Part shown: positions 26,523 to 37,489 of the stretch, piece after piece
Layout: every line of letters begins with the position of its first letter
Numbering within the stretch: position 1 is the stretch's first letter
Assembly: GCA_037441285.1 (NCBI GenBank)
Contig: JBBISL010000011.1
Location: forward strand, 1-59,071
Origin: a candidate division WOR-3 bacterium
GTDB lineage: Bacteria; Hydrothermota; Tepidihabitantia; Tepidihabitantales; Tepidihabitantaceae
Length of the DNA stretch: 59,071 nt
Direction: 5' to 3'
Notes under the pieces: model-generated
The model's input: the letters and a program-made list of their open reading frames with translations, nothing else
Database searches by the model: none
Told to the model about the DNA's origin: nothing
Translations under genes and position numbers: made by a program

Positions 26523-28529
26523 ATGAAAAAATCAGCCATGCTTTTTATTATGATACTACTGGCTGGTGCCGGCTTTGCCCAGCCGTTAACCGAAGGCAAA
26601 TTTCTACCTTTTGAACCACCGACCTACACCTTTGCCGAATCAACCCACCACTTTGATTGCCGCCACTACACGATTGACCTTGACCTGCCGATGAACTCAA
26701 GGGCAATGAGCGGCCACACCCGGGTCGAACTTATCGCCCGGCACGACCACTTTGACACCTTCAGCCTCCATATGGTCAACCTCATCTGCGACTCAGTACT
26801 CCGGGAAAATAACACCTGCACCTTTACCCAGGGTAGCGGCCGCCTCCTCATTGACCTTGACCGGGAATTTGCCAATGGCGAATCGCTTGCTGTTGACATC
26901 TACTATCACCGTAACTCCACGATTCAGAACCGCGGCTTCTACTATTACAGCCGGGGAACACAGGGGATTCCGCATGCCATCTGCTACTCTACCACCGAAC
27001 CCGCTGATGCCCGCTACTGGTTCCCCTGCTTTGATGAACCCTGGGACAAAGCCGAACGCGGTTGTCAGGTCAACATCACCACTCCGGACTCCTTCTCGGG
27101 CTGTGCCAACGGCGTTCTTGACAGCATCACCACTGCCGGCGGCAAAAAGACCTGCTGGTGGACCCATCGCTATCCAATCAGCACCTATCTCATAACCTTT
27201 GCCGCCTCAAAATGGGCAAGTTTCAAACAGTGGTTTTATCCGGCACCTGGTGAATCGCTCTATATCCAGAACTTCATCTGGCCCGAAGACTCCAGCCTCG
27301 CGGTCAACGCCTTTCGCAATGTCCCGGATATGATGCGGTTCTTCTCCGACACCGCGCGTTATGGACCCTACCCCTTTGCCACCGAAAAGTATGGCCATGT
27401 TGCCGCCTATCCATTCCAGTGGGGCGGAATGGAGAACCAGACCCTGACGATGGTCCATCGCTACTGGATTCAAAACGGCAGCGACAACGGCATCGCCCAC
27501 GAACTTTCCCATCACTGGTGGGGTGATATGGTAACCTGCCTTGACTGGCGCAACATCTGGCTCAATGAAGGGTTTGCCACCTACTCGGACGAACTCTACA
27601 CCTGGCATCAGCAGGGTCTTGCCGCATTTAAAAATTTGATTCAAAGCCGGGCGCAGGACTACTTTGACGAAGAGGCGCAGGACCCGCATCCAATCTACAG
27701 CCCGCCCGCGGACCACGAATTTGACTGGGGCCACTCCTACTGCAAAGGTGCCTGGGTCCAGCATATGCTCCGCTATGTGGTCGGCGATACCATCTGGAAC
27801 GCACCGGGCATATTCTTCCGCGCCCTGCGCGCCTACGGCGACAGTTTCCGCTACGGCAACGCCAGCACTGAAGATTACCGCCGGATTTTTGAACGGATGA
27901 CCGGTTTGGATTTGAACTGGTTCTTTGACGAATGGGTTTACAACCTTGGTTATCCTAACTACCAGATTGGCTGGTATGCGCAGGAAACACAAGACGGCTC
28001 GCAGGTAATTGTCGACCTTGCTCAGGACAATATGAACGGTGCGCCAACAACCTTCCACATCCCGGTTGAGGTTAAAATCACCTTTGCCGGTGGTGATACA
28101 ATTATTCGCTACCCGGTAACCGAAAACCCGCAGCGCAATGTGTTCACGGTCCCGGCACAGCCCAGCACCTTAGAGTTTGACCCGAACGACTGGATTCTTG
28201 ACCAGCACGATGTTAGGGTCGGACTGCAGACCGAACCGAACCAGAAACCCCGGTTCAACCGCCACGAACTCAGCCTCCGCTCAACTCCAAACCGGTGGCT
28301 CACCATTACCTATACACTACCCCGAACCGAAAATGTCCGGCTCGAAATCTTTACCCCAACCGGCCGAAAGGTGAAAACATTGGTTACCGGCACACAGCCC
28401 GGAGGCAGCTATCGACTCGAATGGCATCGAGCCGATGAGTACGGGAATCGTGTTCCCGCCGGTACCTATTTGATTCACCTTACTGCCGGTGACAAACGGC
28501 TGACAAAAAAGTTTGTGCTGATGAATTAA
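26523..28529 (+). CDS. Secreted M1 aminopeptidase with a FlgD-Ig/T9SS-like CTD
   Basis: ARYWFPCFDEP, GGMEN, HELSHHWWG and WLNEGFATY; CTD G.RVPAGTY. Confidence 0.92.
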   Translation: MKKSAMLFIMILLAGAGFAQPLTEGKFLPFEPPTYTFAESTHHFDCRHYTIDLDLPMNSRAMSGHTRVELIARHDHFDTFSLHMVNLICDSVLRENNTCTFTQGSGRLLIDLDREFANGESLAVDIYYHRNSTIQNRGFYYYSRGTQGIPHAICYSTTEPADARYWFPCFDEPWDKAERGCQVNITTPDSFSGCANGVLDSITTAGGKKTCWWTHRYPISTYLITFAASKWASFKQWFYPAPGESLYIQNFIWPEDSSLAVNAFRNVPDMMRFFSDTARYGPYPFATEKYGHVAAYPFQWGGMENQTLTMVHRYWIQNGSDNGIAHELSHHWWGDMVTCLDWRNIWLNEGFATYSDELYTWHQQGLAAFKNLIQSRAQDYFDEEAQDPHPIYSPPADHEFDWGHSYCKGAWVQHMLRYVVGDTIWNAPGIFFRALRAYGDSFRYGNASTEDYRRIFERMTGLDLNWFFDEWVYNLGYPNYQIGWYAQETQDGSQVIVDLAQDNMNGAPTTFHIPVEVKITFAGGDTIIRYPVTENPQRNVFTVPAQPSTLEFDPNDWILDQHDVRVGLQTEPNQKPRFNRHELSLRSTPNRWLTITYTLPRTENVRLEIFTPTGRKVKTLVTGTQPGGSYRLEWHRADEYGNRVPAGTYLIHLTAGDKRLTKKFVLMN

Positions 28530-28534
28530 AGGCG

Positions 28535-29014
28535 TTACTCCTCGTCCGGCTCGTCTTCGGGCACTACAGCGGGTATTGTTCCGGCAGCATCGTCCGGAAC
28601 CAAAACCAGTTCCAGATTGCGCTTCTGCAACTTCTGTTTCAGTGGTTCGGTGAGCACCATCACCCGGAACTGCTGCCAGCGCCGCAACTCCTCGGGCTCA
28701 TTTTCCAGTACCGAGCGGAATTGACTGAACACCCTGCCCTCTTTAACCGCCGCCTGCAGTTTTGCCTTCAAATCCGACCGGCTTACCGTTTCAATAAACC
28801 GGTGTATCATCTCAATCCCCTGGCTTCTTGTCTGGGGAACCAGCCGGACATACTTTTCCGGATTCGCCCGGATTCGGGCAAGAATCTCATCCCGGTTAAA
28901 ACTGAAAACCGGAATCACATCACCGGTCTCCAGGTTCAGATAATGGGCGGTCTCCTTCATCTGATTCGTCAATGCAAAAAGCAGGTCCCGCTCCAGAACA
29001 TAAACCTTACGCAC
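28535..29014 (-). CDS. UPF0158-family protein
   Basis: HYLNLETGDV, FIETV...L..KL and F..FR.VL...RW; leaderless promoter TTGACT-N16-TAAAAT at 29021-29048. Confidence 0.75.
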   Translation of the reverse strand: MRKVYVLERDLLFALTNQMKETAHYLNLETGDVIPVFSFNRDEILARIRANPEKYVRLVPQTRSQGIEMIHRFIETVSRSDLKAKLQAAVKEGRVFSQFRSVLENEPEELRRWQQFRVMVLTEPLKQKLQKRNLELVLVPDDAAGTIPAVVPEDEPDEE

Positions 29015-29053
29015 CTGACAATTTTAGCGACGCCCGCACCCCAGTCAAACTGA

Positions 29054-30190
29054 CTACCGCCAGTAAAACGGCGCTTCCGGATAAAAGTAAAACAGACCGT
29101 CCCGCAACTCAAGCCAGCCCAACTCGCCCCGATACCGAAACTGGCAGACTAAACCACTCAGGCGCTGGGCGTTCTCCCGCAATCGTAACAACCGCCACTC
29201 GCCGTCCTGCAAAGCGGCAAAACTCTTTGCTGGACCGCCAGGCCTTGACCCGGGCACAAAGAAGCCATAGGCAATCAGGGTATCCCCGATATTAAAAAGC
29301 TGCAACCGGCCCGCGGGCAACACCTCCTCCTTGGAAAACCAGTCCCGCGTCGGAAAAGGCAGAAAAGTAAGGGCAAAAGAGTCCGGGCTCACCGCATAAA
29401 CCGCACCGTAAACCCCCGGTTTCACCCGTTTCTCCTCACCTCCTAATATCACCGGCATCCCGGTATAATCTTCCAGCCGTGCCGCACCCAAAAGGGAAAA
29501 CCGGCAATCACCTTCACCCGCCAAAATCGCAACCGGCTTACCCTTCAACACCAACCCGCCATCCTGCCAACCCAGAATCTTCACCACCTGCCGCTTCGCC
29601 AGTGAATCAAAAACCGTTTCCAGTACCGTCAATTCGGGAAAAGAGTCACCATCAACATCGGCGATTATCGCACCCTCAACCGCTCCCGCCGAAAATTCAA
29701 CCGTTCGCTCTCCACCTACCGGTTTTACAATGCGGATTGAATCCCCTCCCACCAGAACCACCTCATAAAACCGGTCAAGGTCAAAATCCCCAACCGCTGC
29801 CACATCCGAACTCATTTTTGCACTCAGCACCTTCGGCTCAGCCATCAAACCTGACCGCCACACCGGCTCAAAACCCCGGGCACCATCTTTAAGCAAAACC
29901 AATCGGGAAACAACCGCCTTCGTCCGTGCCTCATCATCCAGAGAAAACAGACTCAACTCACCCAACCGCTGCTCAATTAGCACCTGGTCGCTCGAATCAG
30001 AAAAAAAGGGTCCGGCGGTTAAACTTATCACCGAATCAACCGGACATCGGCCCAGAAGAAAAACCGTGTCCGGCAGCGCCACCGGACTCAAAACCAGAGC
30101 AACACAACTCAACCACACCACAGGACAAAATACCGCTCCCCAGAAAGATGTCAACTCAATGAATCGGTTTGACAGCGGGCACAGTTTCAT
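29054..30190 (-). CDS. Hypothetical protein with FG-GAP/VCBS-like motifs (start uncertain)
   Basis: GDFDLDRFYEV and ADVDGDSFPEL motifs; 378-aa ORF filling the gap. Confidence 0.6.
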   Translation of the reverse strand: MKLCPLSNRFIELTSFWGAVFCPVVWLSCVALVLSPVALPDTVFLLGRCPVDSVISLTAGPFFSDSSDQVLIEQRLGELSLFSLDDEARTKAVVSRLVLLKDGARGFEPVWRSGLMAEPKVLSAKMSSDVAAVGDFDLDRFYEVVLVGGDSIRIVKPVGGERTVEFSAGAVEGAIIADVDGDSFPELTVLETVFDSLAKRQVVKILGWQDGGLVLKGKPVAILAGEGDCRFSLLGAARLEDYTGMPVILGGEEKRVKPGVYGAVYAVSPDSFALTFLPFPTRDWFSKEEVLPAGRLQLFNIGDTLIAYGFFVPGSRPGGPAKSFAALQDGEWRLLRLRENAQRLSGLVCQFRYRGELGWLELRDGLFYFYPEAPFYWR

Positions 30191-30214
30191 CTATTCTCCT
30201 ATAAAACCGGCAAC

Positions 30215-30305
<91 letters not shown>

Positions 30306-30353
30306 TTGTCTACATATAACCTTTGGTAAAATCCCACCGTTTACAACCGGTAT

Positions 30354-31880
30354 ATGGTGTCTATAATTCTTCTGTTGCGGCGGTTCTTACACTTCTGCGT
30401 GTTACTCTGTTTGGCGCTATTGTCCCCCACACCGGCAACCGAAGGTTTTTACAAAGACATCTTTATGGACGGCGGCACCGGCTTGACCCATCGCCTGCGC
30501 CTCTATACGGCCGAGAGCCTTGGTTTAACAATGGAACTTCTGGCACACGACGACAGTACACTGATGCATTACATTATGGTTAATAACCAGGATGACGCCA
30601 ACGGTTATCTGCTTTATCCGGATGGCGCGCCGCGCTTTCGGCTCCTTTACACCAATGGCGGCGATGCGGGCCGGCATGGCCGAGCGCTGGGCGACACGGG
30701 CCGACAGCGCATTCGGGACTTCTGTGCCCGGGGCGGGACCTACATCGGTACCTGTGCCGGTGCCTACCTTGCCGCCTTGAGCCATCAGGACACCGGCCTT
30801 TTCCCTTACTTCTATCACCTCTGGCCCGGCAGGGTAAAACCGACCGGTATCACCGCATCTGCAACCGGACACTTTATCCCGGACTCCTCGCCTTTACTGT
30901 CCTATTACGACTTCGGTGGCGACCTTTACATCGCCGCTGTCCCGCACAACGGTGGCTGCTTTGCCAATGAGTCCCTTGACTTTCCTCCGGAAACAGAAAT
31001 CCTGCTGCGCTACGACACCACCGGACACCGGGCACATCGCAAGGCAAGTTGCTGGGCATGGAAAGGCGCGGACACCAGCGGTAGAATTGTCCTTACCGGT
31101 TCCCATCCCGAAGGCTACAGTTACGGAGAACGGCTGCAGTTTATGATGGGTATGGTGCGGTATGCCCTTGATGGTCAGGGTGTGCCGCGGCTCAAAGGAT
31201 TGCTTGAAAATGGTGTACCCTGGGTGATGAATCAGCCCACCGGTTGTGACCCGGCATTCATTATGATTGGTGACAAACAGTACCACCACTTTGCCTGTGA
31301 CATCCCACCGGGCTGCGAAACCCTTGCCGTATATTTAACCGGTGCCGACTCAACCGACTTTAACCTGTATCTGCATCCGGGCGAATTCGCCTTTCGCTCT
31401 GTTGCCGATTATGCGGACACAAACCCGGGCAATATCAAACTTCTGCGGGTAAACTATCCTATCTCGGGTCGCTGGTTTGTCGGTGTCGAGTGTGCCACCA
31501 CGGTTGATGTGTCCGGTGACAGTTTTCCGGTCTACTCCGGTCGGGTTGATGTTTTGAACGGCGTGCCTTATGAGGTTGTTGCCCGCTGGGGACCGATTGG
31601 CATTGCCGAAAATCCGAACCAGATGTTGGGCGCAATCCGTTTGTCTTCCAATCCGTTCCGCTTTGATGTTACCATCACCCTTTCGGACAATGTGGCGCAG
31701 GTGGCGATTATCGATGCGGTGGGCAGAGTCCGCGCCCGTTCGCATCAGGACGGTTTGACCATTTCTTCCGGTGTGGTCCGCTGGCAGCCCGGCAATAACA
31801 TTGAACCCGGTGTTTACTACCTCCTGGTGCGGAGCAACGCTAAAACCAGAACGGTGCGGTTTGTGTATCCGTGCCGTTAA
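30354..31880 (+). CDS. Secreted class-I GATase-like (BPL_N-like) hydrolase with a PPC-like domain and CTD
   Basis: GGTYIGTCAGAY nucleophile elbow, GSHPE, DFNLY, and CTD DAVGRV...PGVYY. Confidence 0.75.
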   Translation: MVSIILLLRRFLHFCVLLCLALLSPTPATEGFYKDIFMDGGTGLTHRLRLYTAESLGLTMELLAHDDSTLMHYIMVNNQDDANGYLLYPDGAPRFRLLYTNGGDAGRHGRALGDTGRQRIRDFCARGGTYIGTCAGAYLAALSHQDTGLFPYFYHLWPGRVKPTGITASATGHFIPDSSPLLSYYDFGGDLYIAAVPHNGGCFANESLDFPPETEILLRYDTTGHRAHRKASCWAWKGADTSGRIVLTGSHPEGYSYGERLQFMMGMVRYALDGQGVPRLKGLLENGVPWVMNQPTGCDPAFIMIGDKQYHHFACDIPPGCETLAVYLTGADSTDFNLYLHPGEFAFRSVADYADTNPGNIKLLRVNYPISGRWFVGVECATTVDVSGDSFPVYSGRVDVLNGVPYEVVARWGPIGIAENPNQMLGAIRLSSNPFRFDVTITLSDNVAQVAIIDAVGRVRARSHQDGLTISSGVVRWQPGNNIEPGVYYLLVRSNAKTRTVRFVYPCR

Positions 31881-31945
31881 CCGCTCCTTAAACAGGGAGG
31901 ATACATGCCGGGCACCCTTTATTGGTTACCATCAGTCTAATAGTT

Positions 31946-34360
31946 ATGGAACCGATAAGCCATATTGACCCGGTCTGCGGTATGACCGTAAACGAGGGCA
32001 CCGAGGCTGGTAAATGGGAGTACAAGGGCAAAACCTACTACTTCTGTAGCCTGAACTGCCTGAAACTTTTCCAGTCCAATCCGGAACAGTACTTGAATCC
32101 CAACACACCAAAGACGATGGCGGCACCGGCAAAAGCGAAAAAGACCGAAACCGCTATTCTGAGCGTCGGCGGGATGCACTGTGCCGGTTGCGCCCGAACC
32201 GTTGAAAAGGCGTTAACCCGACTGCCCGGCGTTGTGCTCGCCCAGGTCAACTTTGCGGCGGAAGAGGCGATTGTTGAGTTTGACCCGAAGACCACGCCGG
32301 TGCACCAGTTCAAGAAGGCCCTCGCCGATGCCGGTTACGAACTCCGCGAGTTAAAGGATGACCCCACCGCTATCACCAAAGAACTCATCCGGGCAAAACG
32401 CCGGATGGTCTGGTCCTGGATTCTTGTCATACCTCCGATGGTTTTGATGATTCTGCACCTTGCCGGGCTTCTCCATCTGCCGATGTACCTGATGACCGCA
32501 ATCGAACTCCTGTTTGGCATTGCAATCCTGGTCGGTCCGGGTGCAAACACTTTGAAAAGCGCCTTTAACTCGGTAAAGGTCGGTGCCGCATCAATGGATG
32601 TTTTAATTGCGCTTGGTACCATCGCCGCGCTCGTTTCGGGTATCGCGGTCCTTCTCGGCTTAAAGGTTGAGAACCTCGGCAGGGTTGCCGGGATGCTTTT
32701 AGCGGTTTATCTCACTGGCAGATTCCTTGAAGCCCGGGCAAAAGGCAAAGCTGCCGATGCGATTCGCAAACTGATGGCGCTGGGTGCCCGCACCGCCCGC
32801 ATTCTGATTAATGACGAAGAGGTTGAAGTTCCGGTCAACCGGTTGAAACCGGGCGACATAATGGTCGTGCGTCCGGGAGAGAAAATCCCAACCGATGGTA
32901 AAATTGTTGAAGGTCAAACTACCGTTGACGAGTCAATGGCAACGGGCGAATCGCTGCCCGTGGAGCGCAAACCCGGGGATGAGGTGATTGGCGCCACCAT
33001 AAACCAGACCGGCTTTATCAAAGTTGCGGTAACCCGGGTCGGCAAAGACACCTTTCTCGCTCAGGTGATTCGCCTGGTTGAGGAGGCACAGAGTAAAAAA
33101 ATCCCGATTCAGGCGCTGGCGGACCGCATCACCGCCTGGTTTGTACCGGTTATCATCAGCCTTGCCCTTTTAACCGCGCTATTGTGGTTCTTTTTTGCCC
33201 CTGCCCTTAAACCGCTCCTTATCCGGGCACATACCATTCTTCCCTGGGTCAATCCCGAACTGTCGCGCGTTTCCCTTGCCCTGTTTGCCGGTATTGCGGT
33301 TCTCGTGATTGCCTGCCCCTGCGCCCTGGGTCTGGCAACACCAACCGCACTGATGGTGGCGAGCGGCGTCGCCGCGGCAAAAGGAATCATCTTTCGCTCC
33401 GGCGAGGCGCTGCAAACCCTGCGCCGGGTCAACTCAATTGTGTTTGACAAAACCGGCACCATCACCGCGGGCAAACCGCAGGTGGTGCAAATCGTGCCTG
33501 TGTCCGGTGTAACCGAGGAGCACCTCCTTGCCCTTGCCAGCGCGGTTGAGCAGGGTTCTGAACACCTCCTGGCGCGGGCGGTTGTTCAGGCGGCAAAAGC
33601 GGCAAATGTCACGCCCCTGCCTGCATCGGAAATCACCGCCCAGCCCGGACTTGGTGTTACCGGTATGGTGGCAGACGAACTGGTCGCTGTGGGCAAGCCC
33701 GAACTATTGAAACAGCTCGGCATCGACCCCGCGCCCTTAGAATCGCTTGCCCGTATCCGCAAAACAAGCGGCACCCTGCTCTATGTGGCAACCAAACACC
33801 ACCCCTTGGGCATCATCGTGGTCGCCGACACCCCGAAACCCGATTCGGCACCGGCGATTGCCGAACTCAAAACCCTCGGCATCACGCCAATAATGCTCAC
33901 CGGTGACAACCCGCAAACTGCAGCACTCATCGCCCAGCAGGTTGGCATTGACCGCTTCATCGCCGGAGTTCTGCCCGCCGAGAAGAAAAGTACCATCGAA
34001 AAACTGCGTAATGAGTTTGGCGCGGTGGCGATGGTCGGTGACGGCATCAACGACGCACCCGCGCTCAAAGCGGCCGATGTCGGCATCGCCATCGGCACCG
34101 GTACCGATGTTGCAATCGCCGCCTCGGATGTCACCCTGATTCGCGGTGAACTCAGCGGCGTGGTCAAGGCGATAAAACTGTCCCGCGCCACATTCAAAAA
34201 GATTAAGCAAAATTTGTTCTGGGCGCTGTTCTACAACCTTTTGGCAATCCCGCTGGCGACCCTCGGCCTACTCCACCCGTTAATTGCCGAAGCGGCGATG
34301 GCACTCTCCTCCATCAATGTTGTCACCAACTCCCTCCGTTTGCGCCGCACCCCGCTCTGA
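31946..34360 (+). CDS. copA: Cu(I)-translocating P1B ATPase with YHS and HMA domains
   Basis: DPVCGM...YYFCS..C, GMHCAGC, TGES, CPCALG, DKTGT, GDGIND and FYN. Confidence 0.93.
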   Translation: MEPISHIDPVCGMTVNEGTEAGKWEYKGKTYYFCSLNCLKLFQSNPEQYLNPNTPKTMAAPAKAKKTETAILSVGGMHCAGCARTVEKALTRLPGVVLAQVNFAAEEAIVEFDPKTTPVHQFKKALADAGYELRELKDDPTAITKELIRAKRRMVWSWILVIPPMVLMILHLAGLLHLPMYLMTAIELLFGIAILVGPGANTLKSAFNSVKVGAASMDVLIALGTIAALVSGIAVLLGLKVENLGRVAGMLLAVYLTGRFLEARAKGKAADAIRKLMALGARTARILINDEEVEVPVNRLKPGDIMVVRPGEKIPTDGKIVEGQTTVDESMATGESLPVERKPGDEVIGATINQTGFIKVAVTRVGKDTFLAQVIRLVEEAQSKKIPIQALADRITAWFVPVIISLALLTALLWFFFAPALKPLLIRAHTILPWVNPELSRVSLALFAGIAVLVIACPCALGLATPTALMVASGVAAAKGIIFRSGEALQTLRRVNSIVFDKTGTITAGKPQVVQIVPVSGVTEEHLLALASAVEQGSEHLLARAVVQAAKAANVTPLPASEITAQPGLGVTGMVADELVAVGKPELLKQLGIDPAPLESLARIRKTSGTLLYVATKHHPLGIIVVADTPKPDSAPAIAELKTLGITPIMLTGDNPQTAALIAQQVGIDRFIAGVLPAEKKSTIEKLRNEFGAVAMVGDGINDAPALKAADVGIAIGTGTDVAIAASDVTLIRGELSGVVKAIKLSRATFKKIKQNLFWALFYNLLAIPLATLGLLHPLIAEAAMALSSINVVTNSLRLRRTPL

Positions 34361-34373
34361 TTGCTCGAAATAA

Positions 34374-34508
34374 GAAAGGTTTATTGGCAGTACGCCATTC
34401 GGAAATGGTATAGACCCGAGTGGCAATCGGGTCGCGCCGGGTGTTTACCTTATCAAAAGTGAGAATCAGCGACCGCAGCGCGTAATTTACACCGGTCAAA
34501 CTGATTAA
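34374..34508 (+). pseudogene. Orphan fragment of a FlgD-Ig/T9SS-like CTD
   Basis: Frame reads ...GNGIDPSGNRVAPGVYLIKSENQRPQRVIYTGQTD* with no standard start and an in-frame stop at 34371. Confidence 0.55.
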
Positions 34509-35401
34509 CTAAGGCACACATTCTGTTCGGACTTGCAGACACCACACTCCAGTTCAAAGGTCGTATGGGTAATCCCGAACCTTTCCCGCAGGGCGCAGTC
34601 CAGACCGGCGAGCACCGAATGAAATTCGCTCACCCGCCCATCGTTCACCACCAGATGCGCCATCAGTGCCCGTTCCTCTTCGCCTAAGGTCCAGATGTGG
34701 AGGTCGTGAATGCCCGTGACCACCGGCGAATAGTTCAGAATAAAATCCCGCACCTCCTGAAACTTCAGGTCCCGCGGGGTTGAGTCAATCAGGATACTAA
34801 CCGACTGCCGGAACACCCGCCAGATGCCGAAAAGCACCAGTACGCTAACCCCGATGGAAAGCAAAGGGTCAACCGAAGACCAGCCGGTAAAATGAATCAC
34901 CACCCCGCCCACCAGCACCGCAACAAATCCAAAAAGGTCGTCAAGGAGATGCCACATCGCCGCCCGGATGTTTAACGAACCGCGATGCCGGGAAAGAACC
35001 CAAACCGCGGTGCCGTTGACGACGATGCCTAAAACCGCCATTGCCACCAGCAATGAACTTCTCACCGGTTCGGGATGCAACAGCCGCAAAACCGCCTCGC
35101 GGATAACAAAAAAGGTGAACACCCCGAGAAAAAGCGCATTGGCAAACGCCACCAGAATCCGTACCTTTCGATAACCAAAGGTCCGGCGCTGATTGGGCGG
35201 CAAAAGCGCCAGCCGCCAGCCCAGATAAGAAATCGCCAGCGCCACCGCATCACCGGCATCGTGCAGGGCGCTTGCCAGAAGCACCAGTGAATTGGCAAAA
35301 AAACCGACGAGCGCCTCGGCAAGGGCAAACATCAGGTTCAAAACGAGCGAAATGAGCAAACTCCGCCCCTGCCGGTTTGAACTGTGATTGTGTCCCGCCA
35401 T
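34505..35401 (-). CDS. CDF-family Zn/Co/Cd exporter (CzcD/ZitB-like)
   Basis: ALHDAGD, RTFGY, SLNIRAAMWHLLDD, IHDLHIW and ITHTTFELE. Confidence 0.92.
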   Translation of the reverse strand: MAGHNHSSNRQGRSLLISLVLNLMFALAEALVGFFANSLVLLASALHDAGDAVALAISYLGWRLALLPPNQRRTFGYRKVRILVAFANALFLGVFTFFVIREAVLRLLHPEPVRSSLLVAMAVLGIVVNGTAVWVLSRHRGSLNIRAAMWHLLDDLFGFVAVLVGGVVIHFTGWSSVDPLLSIGVSVLVLFGIWRVFRQSVSILIDSTPRDLKFQEVRDFILNYSPVVTGIHDLHIWTLGEEERALMAHLVVNDGRVSEFHSVLAGLDCALRERFGITHTTFELECGVCKSEQNVCLS

Positions 35402-35468
35402 TAGTTAATAATAAGAAAAAATCGCCGCCTATCAAACAGCGGCGACCCAATTTACAATTTTATTTAGT

Positions 35469-36293
35469 TTATAGACCGCGAATCTTTTCCCGAAAGATTA
35501 CCGCCTCGGTTTCGCTCACCGCAATCCGGTTGACAAAATGGTTCACCTGAGGCTCACGCAGCAGGTAATTACCATTAACCACCAGCGCCCCGCGCTCCGC
35601 CCACTCGTGAATTACCAAATCGTCCCGCTTCAACTCGAGATAGGTGCGAAAGTCGTTGGTCGGCTTCATCGTGTCCGGATTGAGCACAAATGCAACCAGA
35701 ACAAACGGGTCCCGATTCAAACTGACCTTTAATGCCGGTGGATTCCCGTTCATTGGTGGCAGAATCTCAATTCCGGTGATGTTCTCCACGGTAAGAATCT
35801 GCCGCAGGTTCAGTTCCGGTGTAAAACCAAACCGCACCGCAATTATCCCCATCCCGACATTCTGTATCTCGGTACCATTATCCCCGGTCTTGAGCGACCT
35901 TACCATCCGAATACGAAAGGTGGCGACATCCTGAACCGTCAAAAGTTCCCGGAAGATAATCCAGGTCATTATTGCGGCAAGCCCGTTCTGCCGGTACCGC
36001 TCCTTAATACCGGCATCCCAGAGGATGATACCTTTCCCGGGTGGGTCGCGTTCAATTGACACAATGCCAATCTGGTTCTTCTCGTCGTAAAGGGAAACCG
36101 TCGCCGAGTGCCGTGAAATCTCGGTTTTGACACCGAGGATTTTGCCGGCAAGACCGCCTTCGCGGATTCGGATAGTATCGTACTCCAGCCATTCGAACCT
36201 TGGCCCTATTTTGGCTGGCTCCCAGTTAAAAGTGGCGGCGCGCCCGCTTAGACGCCGGGTCAACGCACCACTGTCAACGGTCTTTATTGCCAT
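35469..36293 (-). CDS. Hypothetical protein, possibly GNAT fold
   Basis: AAGGAGG SD before ATG 36293; IKERYRQNGLA resembles acetyl-CoA-binding motif A. Confidence 0.6.
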   Translation of the reverse strand: MAIKTVDSGALTRRLSGRAATFNWEPAKIGPRFEWLEYDTIRIREGGLAGKILGVKTEISRHSATVSLYDEKNQIGIVSIERDPPGKGIILWDAGIKERYRQNGLAAIMTWIIFRELLTVQDVATFRIRMVRSLKTGDNGTEIQNVGMGIIAVRFGFTPELNLRQILTVENITGIEILPPMNGNPPALKVSLNRDPFVLVAFVLNPDTMKPTNDFRTYLELKRDDLVIHEWAERGALVVNGNYLLREPQVNHFVNRIAVSETEAVIFREKIRGL

Positions 36294-36330
36294 CTCAAGC
36301 CTCCTTAAAACCCAAACTAACCTACCATCC

Positions 36331-36505
36331 GGCAACAGGCTCGGGGATTACTCCCCGGAACTGTGCCCTGCTAACCATTGAGCACAGCCCTTGCACCACT
36401 CTGCGCCTGGACGGGCTTTAACCGGATATTTTGGGAAATCGCTTAATCAGTTCAGGCTAATGCCAGCATCTTAAACCGATTCCCCTTCACGGGGTTCGCC
36501 CTACC
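36331..36505 (-). ncRNA. Structured 5' leader or candidate riboswitch of unknown class
   Basis: Starts 6 nt after TTGACT-N16-TATAAT (36512-36539); several stems, including GGGA-GTAA-TCCC and CTGTGCTC/GGGCACAG; the 5' and 3' ends can pair. Confidence 0.5.
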
Positions 36506-36708
36506 AATTAAATTATAACCCCAAAATTACCTCAGTCAAGTTTTTCGTAATAAAAGAAAGCACCGAGCCGAGTTGCTCAGTGTACAGAATTTTATCCCGG
36601 TTAATGGAAATCGGCTATCCGACCGGTTTAAGTAACGCCTCTCGTACCCAACTATCAGGAAAAGTTAAACTTGCCAGCCCAATCGAACCAAAAACCAGCC
36701 ATCTTGGA

Positions 36709-36837
36709 ATTTCCCATACTATCCCCGAGACCGTACCGGGGTTGGGTAGGGAAAATTTCAGCAATTGTGGCTAACATATTCAATCAAAATACCTTATGCG
36801 AAAACCGGCTTTTTCGGGCTTTATACTTTAAAGTATA
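36709..36837 (+). repeat. Tripartite dispersed intergenic element, copy B
   Basis: ATTTCCCATACTATCCCCGAGACCGTACCGGGGTTGGGTAGGGAAAAT, then 65 nt, then TATACTTTAAAGTATA (36822-36837). Confidence 0.85.
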
Positions 36838-36925
36838 CAGAAACGGAAACCCGATTTTGCCGGTCTTGCCAATTTTATTGACCGGGGCATTGGAAACGGT
36901 AAACTTATCGGCAATGGAGGTTAAA

Positions 36926-37486
36926 ATGACCGTATCAGAAGCAATTAACGCCCGGCGGGCTTACCGCTCGCTTGCGCCGATTGAGGTCAGTGAAAATTTG
37001 ATTCGCGACCTCACCCGCTCTGCTCAGCTCGCGCCCACCTGTTTCAACAATCAGCCGGCGCGGTTTGTCTTCGTTTATGACCCCAAAATCCTTGAGCAAC
37101 TCAAACCCGCTTTCAGCAAGGGAAACGAATGGTGCTATGCCGCCTCAATGGTCGTCGCGGTGTTTGCCGAAAAGGAGGCGGACTGCATCATTCACGACCG
37201 GGAGTACTACCTGTTTGACACCGGAATGCAGACCGCATTTCTCATCCTGCGGGCAACCGAACTGGGACTGGTTGCCCATCCCATTGCCGGTTACAGCCCG
37301 AAAAAGGTGCGCGAACTCTTGAACATTCCGGAACGGTTTAACATCATCACCCTGATTCTGATTGGCAAACACGCCGACACCATTAGCCCGGTCCTATCTG
37401 AAAAGCAGATTGAATGGGAGAAAACCCGGCCCGAACGACTCCCGCAGGATAAGGTTATGTTTCTCAACCGCTACACCGGAGACTGA
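36926..37486 (+). CDS. Nitroreductase-family flavoprotein
   Basis: AINARRAYR, LAPTCFNNQP and DTGM...LILRATELGL; GGAGG SD before ATG 36926. Confidence 0.9.
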   Translation: MTVSEAINARRAYRSLAPIEVSENLIRDLTRSAQLAPTCFNNQPARFVFVYDPKILEQLKPAFSKGNEWCYAASMVVAVFAEKEADCIIHDREYYLFDTGMQTAFLILRATELGLVAHPIAGYSPKKVRELLNIPERFNIITLILIGKHADTISPVLSEKQIEWEKTRPERLPQDKVMFLNRYTGD

Positions 37487-37489
37487 ACG

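Noticed and set aside
36331..36505. Assignment as a c-di-AMP, SAM-I, FMN, TPP or cobalamin riboswitch (cdaA is in the window)
   Set aside because: Only isolated short words match, and the ordered consensus cores are absent, so it is left as unknown class.
36671..36925. N-terminal extension of the nitroreductase (and likewise 57219-57341 of the nuclease)
   Set aside because: Both extensions run through the non-coding tripartite element and promoter. Better-supported starts are 36926 and 57342.
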